This document shows, piece after piece, positions 24,807 to 36,815 of a stretch of DNA of 64,000 nucleotides (positions within the stretch are counted from its first letter, which is position 1; each line of letters starts with the position of its first letter). Under the pieces are notes generated by a model. The model made no database searches and was not told the DNA's origin. It worked only from the letters and a program-made list of their open reading frames with translations. Source of the DNA: the human T2T-CHM13v2.0 reference genome, Homo sapiens. Location: NCBI RefSeq assembly GCF_009914755.1, contig NC_060938.1; one strand, written 5' to 3'. The translations under genes were made by a program, and so were the position numbers.

Positions 24807-25553
24807 TGCCCAAGGCTGTGGGAGCCTACCTCTTGCATCAGCATGACTTGGATGTGAGACATGGAGTCAAAGGAGATCATTTTGGAGTTTTAAGATTTGA
24901 CTGCCTGCTGGATTTTGGACTTGCATGGGGCCTGCAGCCCCTTTGTTTTGGCCAATTTCTCCCATTTGGAATGGCTGTATTTACCCAACACCTGTGCCCC
25001 CATTGTGTCCAGGAAGTAACTAACTTGCTTTTGATTTTGCAGGCTCATAGGTGGAAGGGACTTGCTTTGTCTCAGATGAGATATTGGACTGTGGACTTTT
25101 GAGTTAATGCTGAAATGAGTTGACATTGGGAGACTATTGGGAAGGCATGAATGGTTTTGAAATGTGAGGACATAAGATTTGGGAGGGACAAGGGGTGGAA
25201 TGATATGGTTTGTCTGTGTACCCACCCAAATCTCATCTTGAATTCCCATGTGTTATGGGAGGGACTTGGTGGGAGGTAATTGAATCAATTGAATCATAGG
25301 GGCAGATCTTTCCCATGCTGTTCTCACAATAGTGAATAAGTCTCATGAGATTTGATGGTTTTAAAAACAGGAGCCTCTCCGCACAAGCTCTCTTCTCTTG
25401 TCTGCCACCATGTGAGAGGTGCCTTTCACCTTCCACCATGATTATGAGGCCTCCCCAGCCATGTGATACTGTAAGTTCATTGAACTTTTTTCTTTTGTCA
25501 ATTGCCCAGTCTTGTGTATGTCTTTATGAGCAGCGGGAAAATGGACTAATACA
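24807..25553 (+). mobile_element. THE1B-type element: last ~395 bp of internal region, PPT and 3' LTR (25201-25553); no 5' LTR
   Basis: THE1-int 3' end (catggagtcaaaggagatcattttgg...gggagggacaaggggtggaa) then tgatatggtttg...ggactaataca; TSD tattc on both sides. Confidence 0.93.
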
Positions 25554-26419
25554 TATTCCTTTGGGTATATAGCCAGTAATGAGATGGCTGGGTTGAATGC
25601 TAGTTCTGTTTTAGATCATTGAGGAATAGCTACACTGCTTTCCACAATGGTTGAACTAATTTTCATTCTTAACAACAGTGTATAAGTGTTCCCTTTACTC
25701 CACCACCTCAACAGCATGTTATATTTTGACTTAAAATTAAATAATTTCTTAGTGTTTTGTTGTTATGTTACATTTGCTCTTTGTGAAAATATACTACACT
25801 CCTGCAAATGGAACGTATGTGGTAGTCAAAACTTCTGGAAGTTCCACCATGTTGTAACGTTCAGGTGCTCTAAGCTCTTATGGTGGGAAATAAGGTATAT
25901 GGCTAGAAATAAAAGGAAAATTAAAAAGAAAGATAAGGAAAAAACATTACCATAAATATGGTAAGTTCTTATGTCTCTTATTATACCAAAGATAACTGAA
26001 TGCATTTGTCCTTCACAACTTTATTTTACTATCCAAGAGTTGAGCAAGATATATTTTATGCTTCATCTCCACTTCTTTACCTTTTCCCTGTGGGCATCCT
26101 TTAAATCCCCTTTCACCTGAACTCATCAGTGTGAAAATTGTGGAGGATGGAAGGGTTCAGAATTGTTTATTCCAGGTCCTGGATTATCCCCTGAAATAAG
26201 TTCCTATCCATGCCAGGAACAGTTATATTATTTCTTGTGATATCTTTCAAACATTTAATTGTTTCCAAATTTATTATACATATTTTATCTTTTCATGTAT
26301 GTATTTGATTTATACAGTTAACTCAACATGCAGGGTATTTTAAGATAAAGAAATGAAAAACTTTTAGTGTATATCTATTTGGTTACAATGAAGGCTAACC
26401 TAGGCCTTGCCCTCTAGAT

Positions 26420-26619
26420 CAGTGCTGTTCGATAGAAATTTCTGCAATGAATTGTTCTACAGTTTCTTCAGTGTCCAACAAAGTAGCCATAGGGATTATG
26501 GAGCACAGAACATGTGGCTAGAGTATCTCAGAAACTACATTTTACATTATATTTATCTTTAGTTCACTTAAATTTGAAGAGCCACATGTGGCTAGTGGCT
26601 GTCATGCTGGAAAGCACAG
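26420..26619 (+). mobile_element. MER3 (hAT-Charlie MITE)
   Basis: cagtgctgttcgatagaaatttctgcaatga...agccacatgtggctagtggct...gcacag. Confidence 0.85.
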
Positions 26620-26654
26620 ACATGTACTTGTAACATGCTTGCATTATTATCACT

Positions 26655-27150
26655 CTTATAAGTTAAGATAACGTTTGGTTCTGTGGAATAATTGATTAAA
26701 CAAGGTAGGAGTTTACTTTCTTTCAAGATCAAAAATTTTTAGTGGAAATCTCTCTGAAAGGAATATGAAATGATATTTCAGAGATGTTAGACATCCTTAC
26801 TCCATCTAACATTTGGTTCCACCCATATGTGATTCCTACTCCTAGGACTATATTATAACCCAAGATGTATGGAATTCCTTGTACCAGCTAGAAATTAGGT
26901 AGCGATTTTAAAAAGGAAGAAAATAAGGCAAATTGTTATTTCCATCAGTCTTTTAAATCTCATTCCCTGGTTCTCAGAACCTGATCTTGACACCTGCTCA
27001 CATTATGTTGTCTACAATTAGTCTCAAGATTACATGTGACTGCAAAGGAAAATTGGGAATGTGCAGTCATTTGTTCAGAAAAAAATAAAATTAGGGATTT
27101 TATTGCTATGGAAGGAAGGGGAGATGGAGGTTGAAGTGATCATCTGCCTG
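26655..27150 (-). mobile_element. Probable ancient MLT1J/K-type LTR remnant
   Basis: ctgcaaaggaaaattgggaatgtg...aaaattagggattttattgctatggaaggaagggg. Confidence 0.45.
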
Positions 27151-27455
27151 TTCTTCATCACTTAATAAAAGGAAATATAAACTTAAAAAAGGTAGAGAAA
27201 GAGCATTTCACGGGAAAGGCTGACTGCTGAAGGAGAAAGGAAACGTTCCAAAGATGAAATAGTATCACTCAGTGAAATTCCCTAAGATGGCTTCCATTTT
27301 ATATTTGTAGGGTTCACAAAGATGAATTTGGAAACAAGTAGATGTAATTGCCAGCATTTCAGGGTATATGTATATTTTGATGTTACTTTTGAAAATTTCA
27401 TGCAGATCCCAGTATCCCCCAGCCTATGGGCTATTGTTCAATATAGTTCTGCATG

Positions 27456-27505
27456 CACACAGACAGACAGACAGACACACACACACACACACACAGACAC
27501 TCACA
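27456..27505. repeat. (GACA)n/(CA)n microsatellite
   Basis: cacacagacagacagacagacacacacacacacac... Confidence 0.93.
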
Positions 27506-27723
27506 TATAAATATAAAGCACTTTTTCACCTCTGAGTTCCATCAACAGCTATTACCTTACTGCCTAGGGGACAATTCTCTTATTTTAGATAAATCAGAAA
27601 GCAACTTGTGTTAGTGCAGAGAAATAGTGGTAGCCCTGACTAAGCAAGGTGTTATATATAGATTTCTTTAAAACTGTGTCATTTGCTCTGGGATTTCCTG
27701 ACTGCTTTCAGAATCCTCTAAGC

Positions 27724-28008
27724 CAGTGCTACTCCAAATGTGGTCCAATGACTAGAGCCTTCCTCTGAAATGTAGAGAAAGAAGTAAAGAAATTGTGAGT
27801 AAGCATTTAGGAACCTTTATAGCAGCTTGACAGACAACAAATATGCCTGTGGAACTGATAATAAAAATTGGATTCTTATGGTTTGCATGTCTTGTTAATT
27901 TTTCCAGTAACTTTTATTATATTTTATAAAAGTAGTGGTCCTAGATATATTGAATTCTTTTAAAAAAGAAAACAACTAGTTATTCACCTCAAATTGTCAG
28001 AAGCACAG
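27724..28008. mobile_element. hAT-Charlie MITE (MER119/Charlie-like)
   Basis: TIRs cagtgctactcca / agaagcacag; degenerate 8-bp TSD ctctaagc/atctaagg. Confidence 0.7.
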
Positions 28009-28764
28009 ATCTAAGGCCCTCTTCTCACCTTTCATTTTTGCTATATAATGCAAATGCTATGAAACTTTTTCCAGCAAAGTTTCAGTTGTGACCACAACCA
28101 CAATCGAAAGGCAATTGCTGTTTCACAAATGTTAAAAAACATAAAACAATCTCTGCACAACACTCTTGAGTTGCACACTGAAAGAAGAGTAACCTTGTCC
28201 TATCTCTATTCCTGGGAATGTGCTCAGTGGCTGGGAAACCTTGCTTAACTTGGGACTTACTCTGAAAATTACAAGGGGAATGGAAAAATTCAGATTAGCA
28301 GGGTTGTGATTGTTGCACAGGTTTTGTGTGGTGGTTTTACACATTAAAATAGCACTGTGGAAAGAAAATCCCCGGAGCTGGCTGCTTACTAAAGGAAGAC
28401 ACTACCAATATGTGCCCTAGTTTCAGGACGGTATCACAGCCTTCAATCCATCCTCTGTTGACTCATTCCACCACAGATTAAACATATGTAAGTTACAGAG
28501 ACCCAGAATTCCCACAAAGTGCTCCTGCATAGGCCTAATTTCTCATTATCACTCACAGCTTAGAATTCTCCTGCTTAAACCCTAAAATAAATTAAAGACG
28601 GTAGAAAATGGCAAGTCTAAAAACACTTCCAAAGGCATAAAAGCAAAAATACAATTTAAAATGCATCATTTTCATTAAAGTGAAAAAAATGTAAATCAAT
28701 GTGCAAGGGTAATGAATTTACATTTCACAATCTTATAAAATTTCTTTCTTCTATCCTCTTTTTC

Positions 28765-28870
28765 TAAATATGTATTTATCTTTATTTGTATATGAATATT
28801 ATATAAATATATGTATAGAAATATATTTATATATGAATTATATACATGTATTTCATATATATATGAAATG
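28765..28870. repeat. AT-rich, (TA)n-like low-complexity tract
   Basis: tatatgaatattatataaatatatgtatag... Confidence 0.8.
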
Positions 28871-29089
28871 TAAGAAAAGTAAATCTTTTCATATAGATTT
28901 ATGACTTTGTTACTTTTTTGGTTATAGAAAAGAAACAAAAAAAGCATTAACATCTTAGTTTTATAATAAGTCATTCTAGAAGTTGGCTCCAATATATTTT
29001 TCCAACCTCTCATCTTCCATATCTCATGTACCATCGCATCCTGGCTACTTAATACCGCACAAGCTTGTTATAAATGTCTTGCTTATGTC

Positions 29090-29210
29090 TTCAATTCCTT
29101 ATTCTGAATGAATTCTTGAGGACAAAGACTAAGTCTTCTTTATCCTTGTCTACCCAGAACACTGAACGGGGAGTAGCTCATAGAAGGCATTCAGTGACTA
29201 TTTTTCAATT
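29090..29210 (+). mobile_element. L2 3' fragment
   Basis: tgaattcttgaggacaaagact...tacccagaacactga...tagaaggcattcagtgactattt. Confidence 0.55.
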
Positions 29211-30574
29211 AAAGATTTTCCTTATTTTCTCTTCCTCATTGAAGTGGTTAGACAATTGCTTCTGGGATAACTGAATTTTCAGAGAACCTCTTCTAACGTA
29301 TCTTTTTTCTTCAAATTATTAAAGCAATTAAACATACACACATACAATCCCACTTATTAGATGTAAATAAAAAAACAAATTAAAATATCACAAATTTTCC
29401 CTCTCTGTCTTGATAACACAGAATAATATCCTTCTATTCTAAGCATAGTTTTCTAAGAAAAGGTTGGTACAGGCAAAAATGGTGATGTTAATGAACTTAA
29501 GAACATGATGGGTGGATATCCATTTTTAGTTGCTTGGTTTATTCCTAGGGGAAACTTGCAAGGGGTAAAAATGTTTTTTGGGCTATTCTTGGGACTGCAA
29601 GTTGTTTACAGCATCAGTATTAATTTCTTCCTTTCATGATACATTCACTCCTATCTCTACAGCTTGTCCATTGGAGTTAGGTAGCTTAATACTGGTCCAT
29701 CTCCCCAAAAGCAATTAAATCAGACAAAGAAAACTTATCTCTCCTCTGGTTTATTTCATTCTAAGACATAGTAAAAGAACAAGATGTGCTGCTAATTTTA
29801 GCTGAAATATTTTAACTTAAATAGGGAGGCACATTTATTAAATCACACTATTCCGAATGAGTCATTTTCATCAGTTAAAAATTATTTTTTGATTCATAAT
29901 ATAGCCTGAGTCAAAACATATTAACTATTTGAACACTGACTATTAGTTTCATCTAGATTTTATCAATCAATATGTTTAAAGGTGAGTAGGGAGACAAAGG
30001 AGCATAAAAATTTCTACAGGAAAAAAAAATCCTGACAGTCATGACCATTTTTTTTTAACCCAGCCCATAAAAGTAGAATATGCAATCAAATGTTCAATTC
30101 ATATCTTCAAAACAACCAGATTACTTGATTATTTGATATCCAGTTCAATTTTTAATTCCTACATATAATTTTAAAGATTTGTTGTTATTTGCATCACTTC
30201 AAGGACTTTGCTTGCTTTCTAGCTTTTAGCATGTCTTTATGCAGAGAATGCCATCTAGTTTTCAGTCATGGGGTAGGTATGGAAGACATGGTGGTCTCCT
30301 AAACCACTTAGCCATCTTGAAAAACCAGGCTCAGAAAAACTGTGTTTACTGAATGCCTGATGCAAAATAGACACAAAATAAGCATTCCAGAAATGGTGTT
30401 GACAGAAGAATATAAGCCAGTTATCTGGCCCTCTTGTTCACTTCTGACTGAATGCCATCTGTTCCTTAGTTATAACACTCACTAATGAGGGGAGTGACTG
30501 GATACCCCCACAATCCAGAAAGTACAAAAATATTGTTATTTTACTAACAAATTAAGAATATCGCAGGGTAAAAT

Positions 30575-30790
30575 CATGGGCAAGAGTGTCAGACAGCTTA
30601 ATGCCAACGTGTTTTTCTACCACCCACTAATTGGCAGATCATCAACTGATTTCACTTCCCTTTGCCTCCATTTTATCTTTAGGAAACATGGGGAAATTAA
30701 TAGTATGTCCCTAAGAGGGTTATAATGATTAAGTGAAATGTTTGGAACATGTTTAGAATCATGTACAGAGTAATCTCTTACAAAATTGTT
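30575..30790 (+). mobile_element. MIR
   Basis: gagtgtcagacagc...ttcacttccctttgcctccattttatct...gggttataatgattaagtga. Confidence 0.6.
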
Positions 30791-30799
30791 GAGATTATC

Positions 30800-33074
30800 T
30801 GAATTAGTTCATTCTCATGCTGCTAATAAAGACATACACAAGATGGGGTAATTTATTAAGGCAAGAGGTTTAATTGACTCACAGTTCAGCATGGCTCCTT
30901 AGGCCTCAGGAAACTTACAATGATGGTGGAAGGGGAAAACAAACACACCCTTCTTCACATGGAAGCAGCAAGGAGAAGAACTGAGCAAAAGGGGGGAAAT
31001 TCCCTTATAAAACCATCAGATCTTGTGAGAACTTACTCACTATCATGAGAATAGCAGCATGGAAGTAACTGGCCCCATGATTTAAGTATCCACCATGGGG
31101 TCCCTCCCACGGGATTTTGGCCCCTCCAAAATCTCATGTCCTCACATTTCAAAACACAATCATGCCTTTTCAACAGTGCCCCAACGACTTAGCTCATTCC
31201 AACATTAACCCAAAAGTCCAAGTCCAAAGTCTCATCTCAGACAAGGCATGTCCCTTTCACCTATGAGCCTGTAAAATCAAAAGTAAGTTAGTTACTTCCT
31301 AGATACTATGGAGGTACAGGTATTTGGTAAATACACCTGTTCCAAATGGGAGAAATTGGCCAAAATGAAGGGGCTACAGGCCCCATGCAAATCAGAAATT
31401 CAATGAGGCAGTCATTAAACCTTAAATTTCCAAAATGATCTCCTTTGACTCTGTGTCTCACATCCAGATCACGCTGATGCAAGAGGTAGGCTCCCACAGC
31501 CTTGGACAGCTCTGACCCTATGGCTTTGCAGGCTACAGCCCTGCTCCAGGATGATTTCACAGGCTGGTGTTAAGTGCCAGTGACTTTTTCAGGTGAATGG
31601 GTGCAAGCTGTAATTAGATCTACCACTCTAGGGTCTGGAGGACCATGACCCTCTTCTCACAACTCCAGTAGGCAGTGCCCCAGTGGGGACACTGTGTGGG
31701 GCCACCAACCCCATATTTTCCTTCTGCACTGCTCTAGCAGAGGTTCTCCATGAGACTTCTACCCCTGCAGCAGGCTTCTGCCTGTATATCTAGACGTTTC
31801 CATACATCCTCTGAAATCTAGGCAGAGGTTCTCAAACCTCAATTTTTGACTTCTGTGCACCTGCAGGACCAACACCATGTGGAAGCTACCAAGGCTTAAG
31901 CTTTGCACCCTCTGAAGCTTTGGCCTGAGCTGTATTTTGGCAGTTTTTAGGCATAGCTGGAGCAGCCTGGACTCAAAGCACCAAGTCCCTAGGCTGCACA
32001 TAGCAGAAGAGCCTTGGGCCCAGCCCAGAAACCATTTTTTCCTCCTAGGCATCCAGGCCTGTTAAGGGAGGGGGCTTCCATGAAGGTCTCTGACATGGAC
32101 ATTTCCTCATTGTCTTGGTAATTAACATTCAGCTTCTTGTTATTTACACAAATTTCTGCAGCAGGCTTGGCTTTCTCTTAAGAAATGAGTTTTTCTTTTC
32201 TATTGCATCATCAGGCTACAAATTTTCCAAACTTTTGTGCTCTGCTTCATTTTGAATGCTTTGCCACTTAGACATTTCTTTTGCCAGATACCCTAAATCA
32301 TCCCTCTCAAGTTCAAAGTTCCACAAACTTCTAGGGCAGGGGCACAATGCCACCAGTCTCTTTACTAAAGCATAACAAGAGTCATCTTTGCTCTAGTTCC
32401 CAACAAGTTTCTTATCTCCATCTGAGAGCACCTCAGCCGGGACTTTATTGTCCATACCACTGTTAGCATTTTGGTCAAAGCCATTCAACCAGTATCTAGG
32501 AGATTCCAAACCTTTCCACATCTTCCTGTCTTCTGAGTCCTCCAAGTCTCTAGGAAATTCCAAACTTTCCCTTATTTTCCTGTCTTCTTCTGAGTCCTCC
32601 AAACTGTTCCAGCCTTTGCCTGTCACCCAGTTCCAAAGTTGTTTCCACATTTTGGGGTATCCTTATAGTAGCACCCCACTCTACTGGTACCAATCTACTG
32701 TATTAGTCTGTTGCTGTGCTGCTAATAAAGACATACTCGAGACTGGGTAGTTTACAAAGGAAAGAGGTTTAATTGACCTACATTTCAGCATGCCTTGGGA
32801 GGCCTTAGGAAACTTACAATCGTGATGGAAGGGGAAGCAAACACATCCTTCTTTTTATGGTGGTAGTAAGGAGAAAATTCCAAGCAAAAGGGAAAAAAGT
32901 CACTTATAAAACCATCGTATCTCGTGAGAATTCACTATCACAAGAATGGCAGCATGGGGGTAAATGCCCCCATGATTCAATTACCTCCCACTGGGTCCCT
33001 CCCACAACACGTGGGGATTGTGGGAGCTACAATTCAAGATGAGATTTAGGTGGAGACATAGCCAAACCATATCA
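30800..33074 (-). mobile_element. Near-complete THE1C/D MaLR provirus: 3' LTR 30800-~31115, internal ~31116-32698, 5' LTR 32699-33074
   Basis: Two direct LTRs flank THE1-int (minus-strand peptide MWKQLWNWVTG... is typical of MaLR-int); TSD ttatc/ttatt. Confidence 0.95.
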
Positions 33075-33649
33075 TTATTGTTGTTGCTGCTGCTGTGGTT
33101 ACTTTGCTCTCTGAGGAATTTAAAGTGCATTCTGCTCTCTCATCTACTAGATGCTCTTAGCCTCCAATTCTATATCTCCCAATTCTTATCACAAATCAGA
33201 TTATAGGACCGTATCTAGAAGGTGCTTCTTGAAGAAGGTACAGTCAATCTTTTTCCAGGTTTCATTCTTTTTAAATTGCAGCCTTTGGAATGTTGTAAGT
33301 CAGTGTTCACCACATCGTCTCCTCACCCCAGTCCCCAATACCAATACTCTCGTTTTCTCAGGTGTTGCTGTTGTTGTTGTTGTTAATTTATATAACAAGG
33401 CTTTTGGTATGATTCTATTAGAACAATGTATTACCTCGAGGGAAACTTTATGAAAAATTATTTTACATAGTTTGTGGTATTTTGAAATCTTTTCAGAGAT
33501 CTGTGTAACTGCTCTGCAGTTTGGGAGGTTTTCATAAAACCATGTTTAGGAATTTTTGCTTTAGCATTTTGTCACTGTCCTGAACTGAGGGACATTATTA
33601 TTAAACATCCTATTAAACTCCCTACTTTATCCATTTCAGAGGTGTTGTT

Positions 33650-33852
33650 TATCAGAGCACACTTGATATGTCAGAAGCTGTGCTAAAAGCTTTACTTATA
33701 TTAGTTCTAGTAGTCCTCACTACAGGTCCGTAAGTTACAGAGTAACATCATTGTCCTTCTTTTACATATAAGGGAACTGATGTTTAGAGGTATCAAGTAT
33801 CTTGCCCAGCATCTCACAATAAGTGATATGGCCAGGATATAAATTCATCCAG
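33650..33852 (-). mobile_element. MIR
   Basis: gagcacacttgatatgtcag...tttacatataagggaactgatgtttagagg...cttgcccagc. Confidence 0.7.
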
Positions 33853-33854
33853 GG

Positions 33855-34296
33855 TGTACTAGGTTGAATAATGCTTGTCCCTTCAAAATTAATGTCCACT
33901 AGGAACCTCAGAATGTGATATATTATTTGGAAAGAGGATCTTTGAAGATATAATTAGCTAACATGATGTCATACTGGGTTGTTCCTAATCCATTGACTGG
34001 TATCCATATAAGAGAAAACAGAGACAGGGAGAAACATACAGAGGGAAGACAGCTGTGTGAAGACAGAGGCAGGAATTGGAGTGCTACAGCTGCAAGTCAA
34101 AAAACACCCAGGATTGCCAGCAACACCAGAAACTAGGAAAGGGCCAGGAAGGATACTGCCCTAGAGCCTTCAGAGAGGCCCTGCCAACATTTTGATTTCA
34201 GATTTCTGGGTTTAAAATTTTGAAAGAATACGTTCCTGTTATTTTAAGCCAACTGGTTTGTGGGATTTGTTACAACAGCCCCAGGAAATTAAAGCA
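33855..34296 (+). mobile_element. MLT1B/C MaLR LTR
   Basis: ggaacctcagaatgtga...gtgaagacagaggcag...ccctagagccttcagag...ttttaagcca...cagccccaggaaa. Confidence 0.88.
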
Positions 34297-36094
34297 TGTG
34301 TGTACAGAAAACAAATAAGCATTTTCTGTGTTATAAAAATACCCAGGATAAATTTGATTGCTTATATTTTAGACATGTTTTGTCAAATATGCTTTGTTGA
34401 TTTGGGAGCTGGAATCATTCTCCTTGCTCAGTCCAAAAGCTAATAGTAGTTAGTTATTTATTCTATAAATACATACTGAGTATGTATTTCCTACAAAGAT
34501 ATATATAAAGTACTGATGATGCGAAGATGACTAAAACATTGTGTGTTAATATAACAGAGTGGAAGGGGAAAAATTCTGAATATTGCGTTCTATAAAGAAA
34601 TGCAATCTATTTAGCACTATAAGCAACTTATTTTGTACTCTTCCGTGGATACCCTAACAACAAGATTTTAACAATGACACAACCAAAAAAAAAATAGATT
34701 TATCAGGCTGAATCGCCTTGAATTAATGCTACTCCACACACAAATAGGCTAGAGCATTAATTGATTTTCTATTTTTGAAATCCCATGTACATCCTTCCAA
34801 AAGTATTAGTTTGTTCTTTTTTCTTTTCTTACACTCACTGATGCATAGTTTTAGCTTTCCTTTTAAGGAAATGAAGTCCTATTTTGTCCACTGTTCTTAC
34901 TATGGCAAACAAAATGAGAATAAATCCTAGAGTAGTTAGTGCTCCATTTTTCAAGGGACTCATTAAAAATGAACGCTAGAGAAGAAGCAATTACTGTTAA
35001 CAAACATAGGCATAAAACACAAATAAAGGACCATTAACACGGAAAAATAATTACTCAATCTTTCATCCAGACGCTTTTGTCAGTTACATGCGCTGACACT
35101 GACTAACAATTTCGTGAGAGGCTGCTGCCGGCTGCAGTTCATCCGTTCAACATTTCCCCTCTTATGTCTCACAGGAAGAGAAAAATGATCAGTACTGTTA
35201 GTGAATTCTACTAAACTCTGTTTAATACATGGCACTGGCTCCTCTGCTTTTCTTTCTTTTTGTTTTTCAGATTTTATGCTTCTTATGAATACAAAGTGGT
35301 GATTTAAAAATTATCATTATGAGAGCTGTTATTAATGAATGTATGCAAAGGTAAAATAAATGTTCTTCCTTTTTAAGGATATGGGGTTTGACAGAAGAAG
35401 GATTTGAATGTGGGAAAAAGCACAGAAAATAATATGCAAGGTATGTTTCATCACCCCACAGTGTACCTTTGCAATTGCTTGACCTGACATACCTTGTAAT
35501 TAATCCTCAAAAGCTACATGTGAGTGTGAGTTTGTGTGTATGTCTTTGAAGAAAAAAAGATAAGAAGGCAATATATTCATGTTAACACAACTCTATCTGG
35601 ATTATCTGAGGGATAAAAAACAATATGAAGTAAATGTTTTGGTTCGTTTAATCAGTTCAGCGAAATGAACTCATGCAGATGTCACAGAATACAGTGTTAT
35701 TAAGAATTACACTGACACACTGAAGGTTCAATCTGCCAATCCCTGTATTAAAATCACCTTCGTCATTGCCACATCACAAAGCAGAACATCCTGTAAGAAG
35801 AAACTCTTGTGCAAGTCTCCAAGTGATGTTATATCAAGACTTCCTAAGATTTGGGCACTAAAATATGATCAGCAAAGACATTCATGATTTATTGATGAAA
35901 AAAATGCCAAAACTTGTGATAAAAATAATAACTAAAACACACATACTATGTGTGCTCATTGTACATACAGTTGTGGTATCTCTTTTCTCTAGCACACATG
36001 ACTCACACTGAGCATGAAATTCAAGTTGAAAAATTAGTCAGACTTTTTCTCAGCATCAGTATAGTACATATTTCCATAGAGAATGGAAATTCAC

Positions 36095-36240
36095 TAGGAG
36101 TCAAGTGCTCTGAACTGTACCACTAGCTTATGATGTGGTCTTGAAAATGTGCCTTACCTTTCAGTGACTGAGTTTTCTCCCCCAAATAAGAAAATTGATT
36201 AAAGGGATCTTCAATTTTTTTCTAAGTACTGTATTCTGTG
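36095..36240 (+). mobile_element. MIR/MIR3 fragment
   Basis: ctaggagtcaag...tgtggtcttgaaaatgtgccttacctttcagtgactgagttttc. Confidence 0.5.
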
Positions 36241-36649
36241 ATACTAACTTACAGCTATGTATACCTCCAACCCAATCCTCTGCCCATCTTTCTGGTTCCT
36301 GTTAACAGCTAATGAGCAACTTACCAGGAGATTGCTGAGGCCTCATGATCTCTGCTTCAGGGCTGCCACTGCTTAGAGTAGCGGCTGAATGAGTAAATCT
36401 ACACATTCAATCAAAACTTAAATGTTTATAGAAAATGAAAATGCAGGTTACTTTATATGCCAGTTAGACTTAAACCTACAATAAAGGGTAATTGAAGCTT
36501 TTTAAAAGAAAAATATACTTTGCACATGCTGCTATGAAAGAGGTCTATGTTCAGTCAAATAAACATCAGCCCTACTCCAACGAAGCACTTCGGCCAACTT
36601 ACCATGGCATGGTTTTGTCAGTTATTCTACAGGGTAGTATGGGAAAAAG

Positions 36650-36815
36650 CAGAAATTGAGTTTGAATCCTGGCTGAACAATTTACCATCTCTGTGACCTT
36701 GAGGATGTTACTTATTCTCATATATTTTCATCTATATATCAGGAATTATTACAGCACGTATAGTTAAAGATGACTTTGAAATAGCAAACCCTCAATAAAT
36801 GATAGCTATTATTGT
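36650..36815 (+). mobile_element. MIR fragment
   Basis: gagtttgaatcctggct...ctgtgaccttgagg...ctcaataaatgatagctattatt. Confidence 0.65.

Larger units (their letters stand above)
23806..25732 (-). mobile_element. 5'-truncated L1PA15/16-like 3' end hosting two LTR-element insertions
   Basis: L1 3'UTR motifs (cccacttataagtgagaaca; tttatggctgcatagtattccatgg). Perfect 17-bp TSD aaaattaaataatttct at 23789-23805 and 25733-25749. Confidence 0.92.
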
